The translations under genes and the position numbers were made by a program. DNA of 64,000 nucleotides from an uncultured Veillonellaceae bacterium (lineage in GTDB: Bacteria > Bacillota > Negativicutes > JARBTT01), in contig CAWDTA010000002.1 in assembly GCA_963805085.1 (NCBI GenBank), positions 1,152,001 through 1,216,000 of the forward strand, written 5' to 3'. Shown here one piece after another: positions 49,146 through 59,602 of this stretch (positions within the stretch are counted from its first letter, which is position 1; each line of letters starts with the position of its first letter). The notes under the pieces were generated by a model that was not told the DNA's origin, searched no databases, and worked only from the letters and a program-made list of their open reading frames with translations.

Positions 49146-49385
49146 CTAGCATCTTTGAATTGGCATAACACTGATTATTTGCTGACAACGGACAAAAGCA
49201 ATGCCATATTTAATTTGCAAGGCGATGTGATCATGCTCGACAGCTAGCAATTTTCCATAGAGTTCTTTGCGCGTCGTTTCAACGACGACTTCCATTCCAA
49301 TCATTGCACCCAATCTTTTTAACCAAGATGGTTCAACAGGAGTAATCATTTCAGGTTGTTGAAATTCATGTTCGTCTGAAGACAA
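49146..49385 (-). CDS. YuzF/DUF2642-like small Sm-fold protein
   Basis: IGMEVVVETT..GKLLAVEHDHI..FVR..QIISVMP; AAGGAAAGG RBS before the TTG. Confidence 0.7.
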   Translation of the reverse strand: MSSDEHEFQQPEMITPVEPSWLKRLGAMIGMEVVVETTRKELYGKLLAVEHDHIALQIKYGIAFVRCQQIISVMPIQRC

Positions 49386-49670
49386 GACCTTTCCTTCTTT
49401 CGTAAAAGAGTTTATTACAGTCTATGTTACAATGATGGAGTTGTTTCAATTATTCTGGCTAGTTCGTAGCGTAGAAAATACAGGGATACAAGGAGCAGAT
49501 CTTTCTATATGGAATAATATACTAAAATTTGATCGTAGCAGATTTCATAAGTTTAAAAGTATAAGAAGTTTTACAAATTATGATAATGATACCAGACAAT
49601 AAAAAGAGTTGATAATGCTAGTTTAATTATGTATAATTCCCTTATATATTTTGGGCTGTTGTATAATTGA

Positions 49671-49718
49671 ATTATAGAGTAAAGGCAGGTTCTCGTGAAC
49701 CTGCCTTTACTCTATAAT
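49671..49718. repeat. Perfect 22-bp inverted repeat
   Basis: ATTATAGAGTAAAGGCAGGTTC-TCGT-GAACCTGCCTTTACTCTATAAT. Confidence 0.9.
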
Positions 49719-49901
49719 GATCGTTTTGTAGCAATCGATTATTATAGAATCAAAATATGTAAGACTAAAAATTAAAAGGAGATGACAAATGTAAGAATAG
49801 TAAGAATTTAATTATATATGTAAATATAATCATAAAAATATGTAAATGATTATATTCAGAAAACATTGAAAAATAAGTTTCTTTACAAACTTACTTTTGT
49901 T

Positions 49902-49917
49902 TGGCATGCAGCTTGCA
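49902..49917 (+). promoter_or_regulatory. Sigma-54 -24/-12 promoter
   Basis: TGGCAT-GCAGC-TTGCA directly upstream of the GGAGG RBS. Confidence 0.85.
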
Positions 49918-49939
49918 TTATATAAAAGCAGGAGGGCGA

Positions 49940-52882
49940 ATGATGAGAGAACAAATCCAAAAATTTATTGCAGAAGAAAATTATAATCAGCCATATACAG
50001 ACACTGAGCTCTGCAAAAAGCTTCTAGTCAGCAGAGAATATGTAACATTACTTCGCAAAGAATTGAAAATTTTGGATTCAAGAGAACGTAAACAAACTTA
50101 TATTTGTGAAGAAATAAAGCAAATTTTGCTGAATAAAACTAATTTTTCTAATCAGGAATTACGAGATATATTACAAAAAAAAGGATATTCCATTTCAACG
50201 TATTTGCTACAAAAATATATGAATGATATGGAAGCACAGAGTCTTTGTAAAGATTTAGTTACTGATTTATCACATGAGGAAACAGGTAGCGAAGAAAAAG
50301 AAAAGTTATACCATTCCTTTGAGAATTTAGTTGGCACAAAAGGAAGTTTGGACACACAAATTCAGCAGGCAAAGGCGACAATGCTATATCCACCACATGG
50401 ATTACACTGTTTAATTGTTGGTGAAACAGGAGTTGGGAAAAGTGAATTAGCAGAAGCAATGTATCGTTTTGCACTGGAAGCTGAATGCTTGCCGAAAGAT
50501 GCACCTTTTAATGTATTTAATTGTGCAGATTATGCCGAAAATTCACAGCTTTTAATTACACAACTCTTTGGCTCAGTAAAAGGTGCTTATACAGGTGCTG
50601 CAGCGGATCGCAAGGGATTGATTGAACAAGCTGATGGCGGAATTTTATTCCTCGATGAAGTGCATCGACTTTCTTCAGAAGGTCAGGAAATGTTGTTTCA
50701 ACTGATTGATAAAGGCCATTTTCGTAGGTTAGGTGAAACTGATGCTGTGAGGAACGCGAAGGTTCAGCTTATTGCGGCAACAACAGAAAATATTGAAACA
50801 AGCCTGCTCACGACATTTAAGCGGCGAATCCCAATGTTAATCAATATTCCTTCATTGGAAGAGCGCCCTCTCACGGAACGGTTACAGTTGATTCAAAGAT
50901 TTTTTAGTTATGAATCAGCTCGTATGAATGCGAAACTACAGGTTTCAGTCGACGTAATTAAAGCCTATCTTTTATATGAATGCAAAGGTAATATTGGTCA
51001 ACTTAAAAGTGATATTCAGGTTACTTGTGCAAAAAGTTTCTTGTCATATGTTACAAAAAAAGAAAAAGTCGTCAAAGTTGATCTGCAAAGCTTGAGCTTA
51101 TATGTAAAAAAAGGTTTGCTAAGAATTCAAAGTAAGAGACAGGAACTAGAGGCAATTGTTTGGAAGGATTTTCATTTCGAACCAAATCAATGTCAAGGCC
51201 CAGCGGAATCGGAAGATGATGCATACAGCTTTCCAAAGGAGTTTTATGGGGACATTGAAAAGTTGCATACGGAATATATGCAACAAGGTATGGATGAGAA
51301 TCAGATCAAGCGGTTGATTGGCGACGAAATAGAACAGAAGTTACAGCATGTGATATCGCACATCAAACATCGGCTGGCACCCTTGACATTAGAAGAAGTT
51401 TCTAAGGTTATTGGCAGTGAGGTAATTTATTTAGCGCAGGAGATTTTGAAGATTGCGGAGGCAGAGCTCGGCAAGCTGGATGAATCTCTGGTATATTGCT
51501 TAGCAATACATTTAAATGCGACATTTACACGATTGAGTCAAGGAAAAAAAATCATTAATCCAAATTTAGAAGATGTAAAACGAAAATTTAGCCAGGAATA
51601 TCAAGTTGCTGAAAAAATGGTCGATTTGATTAAACTTCGCTATAAAATCGATTTACCGAAAGATGAAGTTAGTTATATTGCTTTATACTTGCATGGCAAT
51701 GAAAAAGAAGAAGAAGGCAATGTTGGGGTTGTAGTGGCAACCCATGGTAATGTTGGCAGCAATATGCTTGAAATCGCCAATAAATTGCTAAATGTGACAC
51801 ATGGTAAATCTTTTAATATGAGTTTCGAAGAGAGCCCGCGTGATGCACTTGATCGCTTAACTACGGTTATCAGAGGTGCTGATGAAGGCAAAGGGGTATT
51901 GATGCTGGTTGATTTGGGATCACTATTAACATTTGGTGAGATTATTCAGACCCGCACAAAAATTAAGGTAGAAACAATTGATCGTGTTGATACGGTCATG
52001 GTAATTGAAGCATTAAGACGTAGTATTTTGCCAGGATCAAATTTGCCAGATATGGTTAACGGTATTGAAAATTTGAATTATCTTTTTCCAAAGGCACGTC
52101 CACAGGCACCAGTAGTTTTACGTAAAAAAGCAATTATTACTATTTGTTTTACTGGTGAAGGTGTGGCACTTTATTGCGCGGGACATATAAAAAAATTGTT
52201 TGGTGATCGTTTGCAGGGAATCACATTTTTGAATGTTGGTATGATTGGACGCCATGATATTTATAAACAGATTCAACAGATATTGACACAATATGATGTG
52301 ATTATGATTATTGGTAGCGTGGATCCGCAACTACAAGGAATACCATATGTTTCAATTAATGAACTTTCAACTAAGCAAGGAAATGAACGGTTGTCTTATA
52401 TCTTAAATGAATCGGCAACATCACCTGTTCTTTTAGAGCAGAAAGCGGCAGATGTACCGGAAGTTGTGAAAAAGGCTAAAGTGCTTATGTTAGGAAAAGA
52501 ACAATATACAAAAGCTCAGGTTATAAAAAAAATGTGTAAGTTGCTTATTGATGAAGATTATGTAAGAAGTGGCTATGAGAAAGCAGTTTTGGAACGAGAA
52601 AAGATGGGGGCATATTTGATAAACCAAAAGGTTGCATTGCCTCATGCGGATAGTTCCTATGTGAAGGAATCCGTAGTACTCATTGCTAAGGCCGAGATGC
52701 CGATTGCTTGGACAGGAAAAACAACTACAAGGTTGATTTGTCTGCTTGGTCTGGATATTAACGGCAAGGATGGGATACGTTATCTATATCAACGCTTCCA
52801 AAATGATGAAGTCATAGCATTAATGGAAGCTGCAAAAACAGAACAGGAACTGAGGGAGGCATTAGTTTACAATGCAAATTAA
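49940..52882 (+). CDS. LevR-type sigma-54 activator (AAA+, PRD, EIIA-Man, EIIB-like and EIIA domains)
   Basis: GETGVGKS, LFGSVKGAYTGA, FLDEVHRL, GNIGQLKSDIQ, LAIHL, VVATHG, LVDLGSL, VALPHA. Confidence 0.92.
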   Translation: MMREQIQKFIAEENYNQPYTDTELCKKLLVSREYVTLLRKELKILDSRERKQTYICEEIKQILLNKTNFSNQELRDILQKKGYSISTYLLQKYMNDMEAQSLCKDLVTDLSHEETGSEEKEKLYHSFENLVGTKGSLDTQIQQAKATMLYPPHGLHCLIVGETGVGKSELAEAMYRFALEAECLPKDAPFNVFNCADYAENSQLLITQLFGSVKGAYTGAAADRKGLIEQADGGILFLDEVHRLSSEGQEMLFQLIDKGHFRRLGETDAVRNAKVQLIAATTENIETSLLTTFKRRIPMLINIPSLEERPLTERLQLIQRFFSYESARMNAKLQVSVDVIKAYLLYECKGNIGQLKSDIQVTCAKSFLSYVTKKEKVVKVDLQSLSLYVKKGLLRIQSKRQELEAIVWKDFHFEPNQCQGPAESEDDAYSFPKEFYGDIEKLHTEYMQQGMDENQIKRLIGDEIEQKLQHVISHIKHRLAPLTLEEVSKVIGSEVIYLAQEILKIAEAELGKLDESLVYCLAIHLNATFTRLSQGKKIINPNLEDVKRKFSQEYQVAEKMVDLIKLRYKIDLPKDEVSYIALYLHGNEKEEEGNVGVVVATHGNVGSNMLEIANKLLNVTHGKSFNMSFEESPRDALDRLTTVIRGADEGKGVLMLVDLGSLLTFGEIIQTRTKIKVETIDRVDTVMVIEALRRSILPGSNLPDMVNGIENLNYLFPKARPQAPVVLRKKAIITICFTGEGVALYCAGHIKKLFGDRLQGITFLNVGMIGRHDIYKQIQQILTQYDVIMIIGSVDPQLQGIPYVSINELSTKQGNERLSYILNESATSPVLLEQKAADVPEVVKKAKVLMLGKEQYTKAQVIKKMCKLLIDEDYVRSGYEKAVLEREKMGAYLINQKVALPHADSSYVKESVVLIAKAEMPIAWTGKTTTRLICLLGLDINGKDGIRYLYQRFQNDEVIALMEAAKTEQELREALVYNAN

Positions 52883-53345
52883 GATTGAAGAGGATTTGAT
52901 TATGCTTGACCTTTGCGGACAAGCAAATGAAGATATTTTATCACAAATGGCGGATAATCTTTGTCATTGTGGGTATGTTAAAGAGAGCTATAAGCCAGCG
53001 GTAATTGCGCGCGAAAAAGTATTTGCAACAGGATTGCCGACAGGAAGTTACGGTGTGGCGATTCCACATACGGATATTGTGCATGTGAACAAGCCGACGA
53101 TCTGTATAGCTAGACTTAAGCATGATGTGGATTTTGTTATCATGGGCGAGGAGTCGGAAACAGTTGCAGTAAAATTGTTGTTTATGTTGGCAATGAATGA
53201 ACAGCATGCGCAATTAAATGTGTTACAAAAACTTATGGGCCTTTTACAGGATAATGAAGCATTGACTTATCTTGCAACAGAAGATGACAAGAGTAAGATC
53301 AAAGCGTTTATTATAGATAAATTAAATTTAGAGGAGGGCGAATGA
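52872..53345 (+). CDS. PTS galactitol-family EIIA
   Basis: REKVFATGL..VAIPHTD. Confidence 0.92.
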   Translation: MQIKIEEDLIMLDLCGQANEDILSQMADNLCHCGYVKESYKPAVIAREKVFATGLPTGSYGVAIPHTDIVHVNKPTICIARLKHDVDFVIMGEESETVAVKLLFMLAMNEQHAQLNVLQKLMGLLQDNEALTYLATEDDKSKIKAFIIDKLNLEEGE

Positions 53346-53347
53346 TT

Positions 53348-53632
53348 ATGGCAAAAAAAGTTGTACTTGTTGCTTGTGGTACGGGAATTGCGACATCGAC
53401 GGTTGTTTCTGATGCTGTAGATAAGTTAGCCAAAGAACACAAAATCGCTGTGGAAATCATTCAATGTAAAATGATGGAGGTTCCTGCATATCAGGACCGA
53501 GCAGATTTATTGGTGACGACTACGGTAGCAGGAAAAGATTATCCTTTTCCAGTTATCAATGCAAGGTCATTTTTGACAGGAATTGGACTTGATAAAGTAA
53601 AAAATGAAATTTTAGAAGAGCTAAAAAAGTAA
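53348..53632 (+). CDS. PTS galactitol-family EIIB
   Basis: VACGTGIATST, FLTGIG. Confidence 0.93.
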   Translation: MAKKVVLVACGTGIATSTVVSDAVDKLAKEHKIAVEIIQCKMMEVPAYQDRADLLVTTTVAGKDYPFPVINARSFLTGIGLDKVKNEILEELKK

Positions 53633-53720
53633 AAACAAATAGGACCAAGTCGGTATGCTGAGTTTATCTTAGGATGATTCGGCATACCAGAAGAAATATA
53701 TATGGGAGGTAGCAAGTATT

Positions 53721-54986
53721 ATGACAGATTTAATTCCTATGTTTCAAGCATTCTTAGGTCTAGGACCTACAGTAATTCTGCCAGTTGCAATTTTCATAAT
53801 TGGTATTTGTTTTGGACAAAAGCCGGCAAAGGCATTCCGTTCTGGGTTAACAATTGGGGTAGGCTTTACCGGTATATTCCTAGTAGTTGGTTTATTAGTT
53901 GATAATCTAGGCCCAGCAGCGCAAGCTATGATTAAGAACTTCGGGTTACAGTTAAACATCATTGATATCGGCTGGCCGGGTGCGGCAAGTATCGCTTGGG
54001 CATCCCCAGTTGCAGCGTTAGTATTGCCAGTAGGTTTATTAGTAAATGCACTTATGCTGGTAACAAAAACAACAAAAACAATGGACGTTGATATTTGGAA
54101 TTATTGGCATTTTACATTCATGGGTGCGTTTGTGTATACCCTATCCGGTAGTTTAATACAGGCAATGATTGCAGCAGTGCTTTTTGAAATTGTCGTATTG
54201 AAAATTGCCGATTGGACAGCACCTTATATGGAAAAATATTTTGATTTGCCTGGTATTTCTGTCCCAACAGGTAGTACAGTTTCTTATGCACCAATCGGGA
54301 TCCCACTTATTTGGTTGATTCAGAAAATTCCTATAATTAAAGATTTAAAAGCAGATCCGGAAAGTATTCAGAAAAAATTTGGTATCTTTGGAGAACCAAT
54401 TTTTATGGGCTTATTTTTAGGATTAGCTTTAGGTGCTTTGGCTGGGTATGGCCCTGGTCAGATGGTAAAAGTCGGAGTTGCAATGGCAGGGGTTATGGTT
54501 CTTATGCCACGGATGGTAAGACTTTTGATGGAAGGTCTTATTCCAATATCTGAATCAGCAAGAGAATTCTTAACCAAACGTTTTGGGGAAGATGCAAATA
54601 TTTATATTGGTTTGGATGCAGCTGTTACAACGGGGCATCCGGCTGTAATTGCTACAGCTTTAATCCTTGTTCCAATCACGATTTTCTTAGCTGTTATTTT
54701 ACCAGGGAACAATGTATTGCCATTTGGTGATTTGGCAACGATTCCATTTATCGTTGCTATGATTGTAGCGGCAGCACGCGGTAATATTATTCATTCGGTA
54801 CTTGCCGGATCAGTCGTAATTTCGCTGTCTCTCTTGATGGCTACCGCAGTTGCACAATTCCATACCCAGATGGCCTTGGCTGCGCATTTTAAAATGCCAG
54901 AAGGAACAGCCTTGATTTCTAGTATTGACCAAGGTGGAAATTTAATACATTTTATAATCTATCAAATCTTCGTTTTGTTTAACTAA
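53721..54986 (+). CDS. PTS galactitol-family EIIC
   Basis: DIGWP, DIWNYWHF, MPRMVRLLMEGL, LPFGDLA. Confidence 0.94.
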   Translation: MTDLIPMFQAFLGLGPTVILPVAIFIIGICFGQKPAKAFRSGLTIGVGFTGIFLVVGLLVDNLGPAAQAMIKNFGLQLNIIDIGWPGAASIAWASPVAALVLPVGLLVNALMLVTKTTKTMDVDIWNYWHFTFMGAFVYTLSGSLIQAMIAAVLFEIVVLKIADWTAPYMEKYFDLPGISVPTGSTVSYAPIGIPLIWLIQKIPIIKDLKADPESIQKKFGIFGEPIFMGLFLGLALGALAGYGPGQMVKVGVAMAGVMVLMPRMVRLLMEGLIPISESAREFLTKRFGEDANIYIGLDAAVTTGHPAVIATALILVPITIFLAVILPGNNVLPFGDLATIPFIVAMIVAAARGNIIHSVLAGSVVISLSLLMATAVAQFHTQMALAAHFKMPEGTALISSIDQGGNLIHFIIYQIFVLFN

Positions 54987-55072
54987 TAGACGACGTGATG
55001 GGCGCCGTCAAGCTCAAATTCTTGATGGCGCTTATTTTGTTTAAAAATTTTTTAGGGTAGGAAGTGTTGTTA

Positions 55073-56113
55073 ATGAAAGCAGCTGTAATTTATGGAACTG
55101 GTGATATTCGTTATGACGATATTGAAGATCCAAAGTGTGGAGCTGAGGATGTCATTATTCAGGTCAATGCCTGTGGAATTTGCGGTTCAGACAGTCCACG
55201 AATTTTAAAAGACTGGAAATATCCAGTACCGGGGGTACCGGGACATGAATTTTCTGGAAAAATTGTCGAAGTTGGTAAAAATGTAAAAGAATTTTCGCTA
55301 GGAGAAGCGGTTGTAGCTCAGCCACTAATTCCATGTAAACAGTGTCTTCATTGTAAATCTGGATTTTATTCGGTATGTGATGATATTACAATGATTGGTG
55401 CTGATATACATGGTGGATATGCGGAATATGTAAAAGTTCCAGCTTCAAACGTACTAAGGACTGGCCCTATTAATCTGCAGCATGCAGCTTTAATTGAGCC
55501 TTGTGCAGTGGCACTATATGGTGTACTTGGGATTGAACCGAAATTGGGCGATACTGTTGCGATTTTGGGTATGGGGACGATTGGTCAGCTTGTTTTGCAA
55601 TGGTGTAAGATTTATGGCGTTCGTCGTGTGATTGCAGTTGACATCTCGGAGAAAAAACTTGCTGAAGCCAAGGCATTGGGGGCAGATTACTGTATTAACG
55701 GTCTTAAGTCTGATGTAGAAAAGGAAATACTTGAATTAACAAGTGGCTTAGGTGTTGATATTGCAATGGAAACCGCCGGCTCAAAAATTACACAGGAACA
55801 ATGTTTGCTCGTCACCAAGAAACGCGGTAAAGTTGGTTATCTTGGCATAGCTCGAACAGATATTTTATTGAAAGAGAAATCGTTTGAAAGTATTTTTCGA
55901 CATGAGTTGACGTTGAAAGGATTTTGGAATTCCTATACGGCACCATTCCCAGGAGCTGCATGGGAGAAGAGCATCGGTTATATTCAGGATGGCAGAATTG
56001 AACTTGAAAAATTGATTTCACATCGATTCCCATTAAAGGATGTAAAAGATGTATTTACAATGATTGAAAAACGTAGTGAGGAATACAATAAAATTTTATT
56101 GATTGTAGAGTGA
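55073..56113 (+). CDS. Polyol-phosphate dehydrogenase (GatD-like, Zn MDR)
   Basis: CGICGSD, GHEFSG, GMGTIG, GFWNSY..PFPG. Confidence 0.88.
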   Translation: MKAAVIYGTGDIRYDDIEDPKCGAEDVIIQVNACGICGSDSPRILKDWKYPVPGVPGHEFSGKIVEVGKNVKEFSLGEAVVAQPLIPCKQCLHCKSGFYSVCDDITMIGADIHGGYAEYVKVPASNVLRTGPINLQHAALIEPCAVALYGVLGIEPKLGDTVAILGMGTIGQLVLQWCKIYGVRRVIAVDISEKKLAEAKALGADYCINGLKSDVEKEILELTSGLGVDIAMETAGSKITQEQCLLVTKKRGKVGYLGIARTDILLKEKSFESIFRHELTLKGFWNSYTAPFPGAAWEKSIGYIQDGRIELEKLISHRFPLKDVKDVFTMIEKRSEEYNKILLIVE

Positions 56114-56125
56114 TAGGAGGAAAAA

Positions 56126-56950
56126 ATGGATATAACTCAATTGAAAAAAAAAGCTCTAAATGCCCGTCTTAATATTATGAAGATGCTTGCGGAATCAGGA
56201 TCAGGACATCCGGGTGGATCACTTTCTATGGTTGATATTTTGACAGTACTCTATTTCGATAAGATGAATGTCAATGTTGCGGAGCCAAAATGGAAAGATC
56301 GCGATCGATTTGTTTTATCAAAAGGCCATGGTGCGCCGGGGCTTTATGCAGTACTTGCAGAAAAAGGATTTTTTCCTAAAGAAGAATTACTCAAGCTTCG
56401 TAAATGCGGTGCTATGTTACAGGGGCATCCAGATATGAAAGGGACACCAGGCGTTGACATGTCAACCGGTTCCTTAGGGCAAGGATTGTCTGTAGCAAAC
56501 GGTATGGCACTTGCTGGAAAACTTGACCAAAAAGATTATAGAGTTTATACAATCGTGGGTGATGGTGAGATTCAAGAAGGACAGATTTGGGAAGCTGCTA
56601 TGAGTAGTGCCCATTATCATCTTGACAATCTCACACTTTTTGTTGATCATAATGGATTACAAATTGATGGTTCAAACGATGAAGTTATGACGGTAAATCC
56701 AATTCCTGATAAATTCCGTGCATTTGGTTGGAATGTAATTGAGATTGATGGTCATGATTATGAACAGATTGGTGCTGCTGTTGCTATGGCACAGACCATT
56801 AAAGGTAAACCAACTGCTATTGTTGCTGAAACAGTCAAGGGTAAAGGTGTGTCGTTCATGGAACATCAAGTTGGTTGGCATGGAAAAGCTCCAAGTCTTG
56901 AACAGCGAGATAAGGCGGTTGAGGAACTGGAAAGAGGTGTTGAAAAATGA
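56126..56950 (+). CDS. Transketolase, N-terminal subunit
   Basis: GHPGGSLS, LSKGH, GSLGQG, GDGE..EG. Confidence 0.95.
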   Translation: MDITQLKKKALNARLNIMKMLAESGSGHPGGSLSMVDILTVLYFDKMNVNVAEPKWKDRDRFVLSKGHGAPGLYAVLAEKGFFPKEELLKLRKCGAMLQGHPDMKGTPGVDMSTGSLGQGLSVANGMALAGKLDQKDYRVYTIVGDGEIQEGQIWEAAMSSAHYHLDNLTLFVDHNGLQIDGSNDEVMTVNPIPDKFRAFGWNVIEIDGHDYEQIGAAVAMAQTIKGKPTAIVAETVKGKGVSFMEHQVGWHGKAPSLEQRDKAVEELERGVEK

Positions 56951-57873
56951 GTGGTGTTGCAACCAGAGAAGCTTATGCAAAAGTATTACAAGAAGAGTTG
57001 AGTAAAAACCCAAAAGTGGTTGTATTAGACGCCGATTTGGGGAATGCAACCAAATCAATGAGTTTTAAAAAAGTCTGCCCGGAACGATATTTTGATATGG
57101 GCATCGCAGAGCAAGACATGATGGGAACAGCAGCAGGACTAGCAACTTGTGGGAAAATTCCAATTGCAAGTACCTTTGCAATGTTTGCTGCCGGACGTGC
57201 CTTTGAACAGGTTCGTAATTCAATTGCCTATCCAAATCTGAATGTAAAAATCGCAGCAACACATGCTGGTGTAACGGTAGGCGAAGATGGTGGTAGCCAT
57301 CAAGCAATTGAGGACATTTCACTTATGCGCAGTATTCCGAATATGACAGTGATTAACCCAGCCGACGGTAAGGAAGCAGAAGAAGCGCTTAAGGCGGCAG
57401 TACAGTATTATGGCCCGGTTTATATTCGCCTAGGCAGAGCAGCAACACCTGATTTGCATAACGAACACTATCAGTTTGTTTGGGGCAAGGGTGAGGTTTT
57501 GCGTGAAGGAAAAGACGTAGGGATTATTGCGACAGGGATAATGGTAGCCAAAGCGCTTGAAGCAGCTAAAGAATTAAAAAAACAAGGAATTGAAGCTCGG
57601 GTTGTTAATATTCATACGATTAAACCACTGGATGAGGCTTTAATTGTTGAAACAGCGAAATTGACCGGTAAAATTGTAACAGCAGAAGAGCACAGCGTAA
57701 TTGGTGGACTTGGTTCAGCAGTCAGTGAAATTATATGTAAACAATATCCAGTAAAAATGGAAATGGTTGGTGTTAAGGATCAATTTGGCTGTTCAGGATC
57801 GCCGGATGATCTTTTGAAGAAGTTTGGTTTAACGGAAATTGATATCGTTAAAGCAGTAACGTCATTGTGTTGA
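56947..57873 (+). CDS. Transketolase, C-terminal subunit
   Basis: GIAEQ, GEDGGSHQ, EEHSVIGGLG. Confidence 0.95.
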   Translation: MSGVATREAYAKVLQEELSKNPKVVVLDADLGNATKSMSFKKVCPERYFDMGIAEQDMMGTAAGLATCGKIPIASTFAMFAAGRAFEQVRNSIAYPNLNVKIAATHAGVTVGEDGGSHQAIEDISLMRSIPNMTVINPADGKEAEEALKAAVQYYGPVYIRLGRAATPDLHNEHYQFVWGKGEVLREGKDVGIIATGIMVAKALEAAKELKKQGIEARVVNIHTIKPLDEALIVETAKLTGKIVTAEEHSVIGGLGSAVSEIICKQYPVKMEMVGVKDQFGCSGSPDDLLKKFGLTEIDIVKAVTSLC

Positions 57874-57884
57874 GGGGGAGCCAA

Positions 57885-58571
57885 ATGAATGTAGTTTTAG
57901 CTCCGTCTATTTTGGCGGCAAATTTCAGCCGATTAGGTGAAGATATAAAAACGCTGGCGAAAAATGGGATAAAAGCGTTGCATTTGGATATCATGGATGG
58001 TCATTTTGTGCCCAATATCACATTTGGGCCTGATCAAATTAAAGATTTTAGTACCGTTGTTCCAACGATGGAGTTAGATGTGCATCTCATGGTGAGCAAT
58101 GCTGATGCCTTACTGGAAAGGCTTGCCGCTGTAGGGGTACATTCAGTGACAGTTCATGCGGAAGCATGTGGTCATCTTTACCGGACACTTATGAAGATTA
58201 AGGATCTTGGTATGAAAGCTGGAGTTGCACTCAATCCAGCGACGCCGTTTACACAGCTTCTTTACGTAGCAGAAGCTGGAATTTTAGATAAAGTGCTTGT
58301 GATGACGGTGGAACCGGGATTTGGCGGTCAGGCATATATTCCGATGAGTACAAGAAAAATTGAATCGCTTGCTGGTTGGCGGCGTGAATTCGGGTTTAAT
58401 TTTGTGATTCAGGTGGATGGCGGCATTACAATTGATAATGTTGAAATGGTGGTAAAAGCCGGTGCTAGTGATATCGTAATTGGGTCATCTATTTTCAAAA
58501 ACAATCAAATGGACAAAAATATTAAAGCTTTTGCAGATAGATTAAAACTTGATTTAATGGAGGAAAAATGA
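57885..58571 (+). CDS. rpe: Ribulose-phosphate 3-epimerase family protein
   Basis: APSIL, HLDIMDGHFVPN, MTVEPGFGGQ, VDGG. Confidence 0.92.
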   Translation: MNVVLAPSILAANFSRLGEDIKTLAKNGIKALHLDIMDGHFVPNITFGPDQIKDFSTVVPTMELDVHLMVSNADALLERLAAVGVHSVTVHAEACGHLYRTLMKIKDLGMKAGVALNPATPFTQLLYVAEAGILDKVLVMTVEPGFGGQAYIPMSTRKIESLAGWRREFGFNFVIQVDGGITIDNVEMVVKAGASDIVIGSSIFKNNQMDKNIKAFADRLKLDLMEEK

Positions 58572-59602
58572 TGAAAGCATTAGTTAAAACAGCTTTGGGT
58601 GAAGGAAATTTAGAAGTGCTTGATCGCGATGAGCCACAAATAAATGAAAATCAAGTGAAAATTGAAGTAAAATATGCAGGAATTTGCGGTTCCGATGTAC
58701 ACACATTTGAAGGCAATTATAAAGTAGCTGCACCTGTAATACTTGGGCATGAATTTGCCGGTCAGGTGGTAGAAGTCGGTGACAATGTTAAAGAGTTCAA
58801 AGTTGGGGATCGAGTTACTTCCGAAACGACATTTGAAATTTGTGGTACATGCAGATACTGTAAAGAAAAAAAATATAATCTCTGCCCAACACGTAAGGGG
58901 TTAGGAACACAACAAGACGGTGCATTTACAAAATATATTATCGCTCGCAAGGAAAGTGTGCATTTGTTACCGGAGAAAGTAACCTATCTTGATGCATCAA
59001 TTACAGAAGCGGCAGCTTGCGCTTATCATGGCGTTGTTAAAGCAAAAATTGAAAAAGATGATATTGTTCTTGTCTTGGGACCAGGTCCAATTGGCCTGTT
59101 AGTAGCACAGATTGTTAAAGCAAAAGGCGGAAAAGTCGTAATGACGGGTCTTACAAAAGATGCAAAACGCCTTGATGAAGCAAAGACATTAGGCATTGAT
59201 TATACAATTGATGTGCAAACGGAGAATCCAAAAGATATGATTAGCAAGTTGACGAATGGCTATGGAGCCGATGTTTGTTTTGACTGTACTGGCGCGGTGC
59301 CTTCGATGCAAATGGGTATGGAGTTATTGAGAAAACAGGGACAATATGTTCAAGTGGGGATTTTTGCTAAAGATGAAATTTTAGTAGACTTTTCGAAAAT
59401 TATTCAAAAAGAACTTGTAGTTACAGGAAGCCGTAGTCAAAATACACATGACTGGGAACCGACGCTTGATCTTATGAATAGTGGAGCAATTCAAGCGAGT
59501 GCTATGATTACACATAAAATGAAAATCGATGAGTGGGATAAAGCGTATCAGCTTATAAAGAGCGGAGAAGCAATCAAGATAGCATTACAACCATTGGATT
59601 AA
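58568..59602 (+). CDS. Zn-dependent polyol(-phosphate) dehydrogenase
   Basis: AGICGSD, GHEFAG, GPGPIG. Confidence 0.88.
   Translation: MMKALVKTALGEGNLEVLDRDEPQINENQVKIEVKYAGICGSDVHTFEGNYKVAAPVILGHEFAGQVVEVGDNVKEFKVGDRVTSETTFEICGTCRYCKEKKYNLCPTRKGLGTQQDGAFTKYIIARKESVHLLPEKVTYLDASITEAAACAYHGVVKAKIEKDDIVLVLGPGPIGLLVAQIVKAKGGKVVMTGLTKDAKRLDEAKTLGIDYTIDVQTENPKDMISKLTNGYGADVCFDCTGAVPSMQMGMELLRKQGQYVQVGIFAKDEILVDFSKIIQKELVVTGSRSQNTHDWEPTLDLMNSGAIQASAMITHKMKIDEWDKAYQLIKSGEAIKIALQPLD

Noticed and set aside
49901-49939. TTG start of the LevR-type ORF at 49901
   Set aside because: This sequence is the sigma-54 promoter and RBS; the likely start is the ATG at 49940 or 49943
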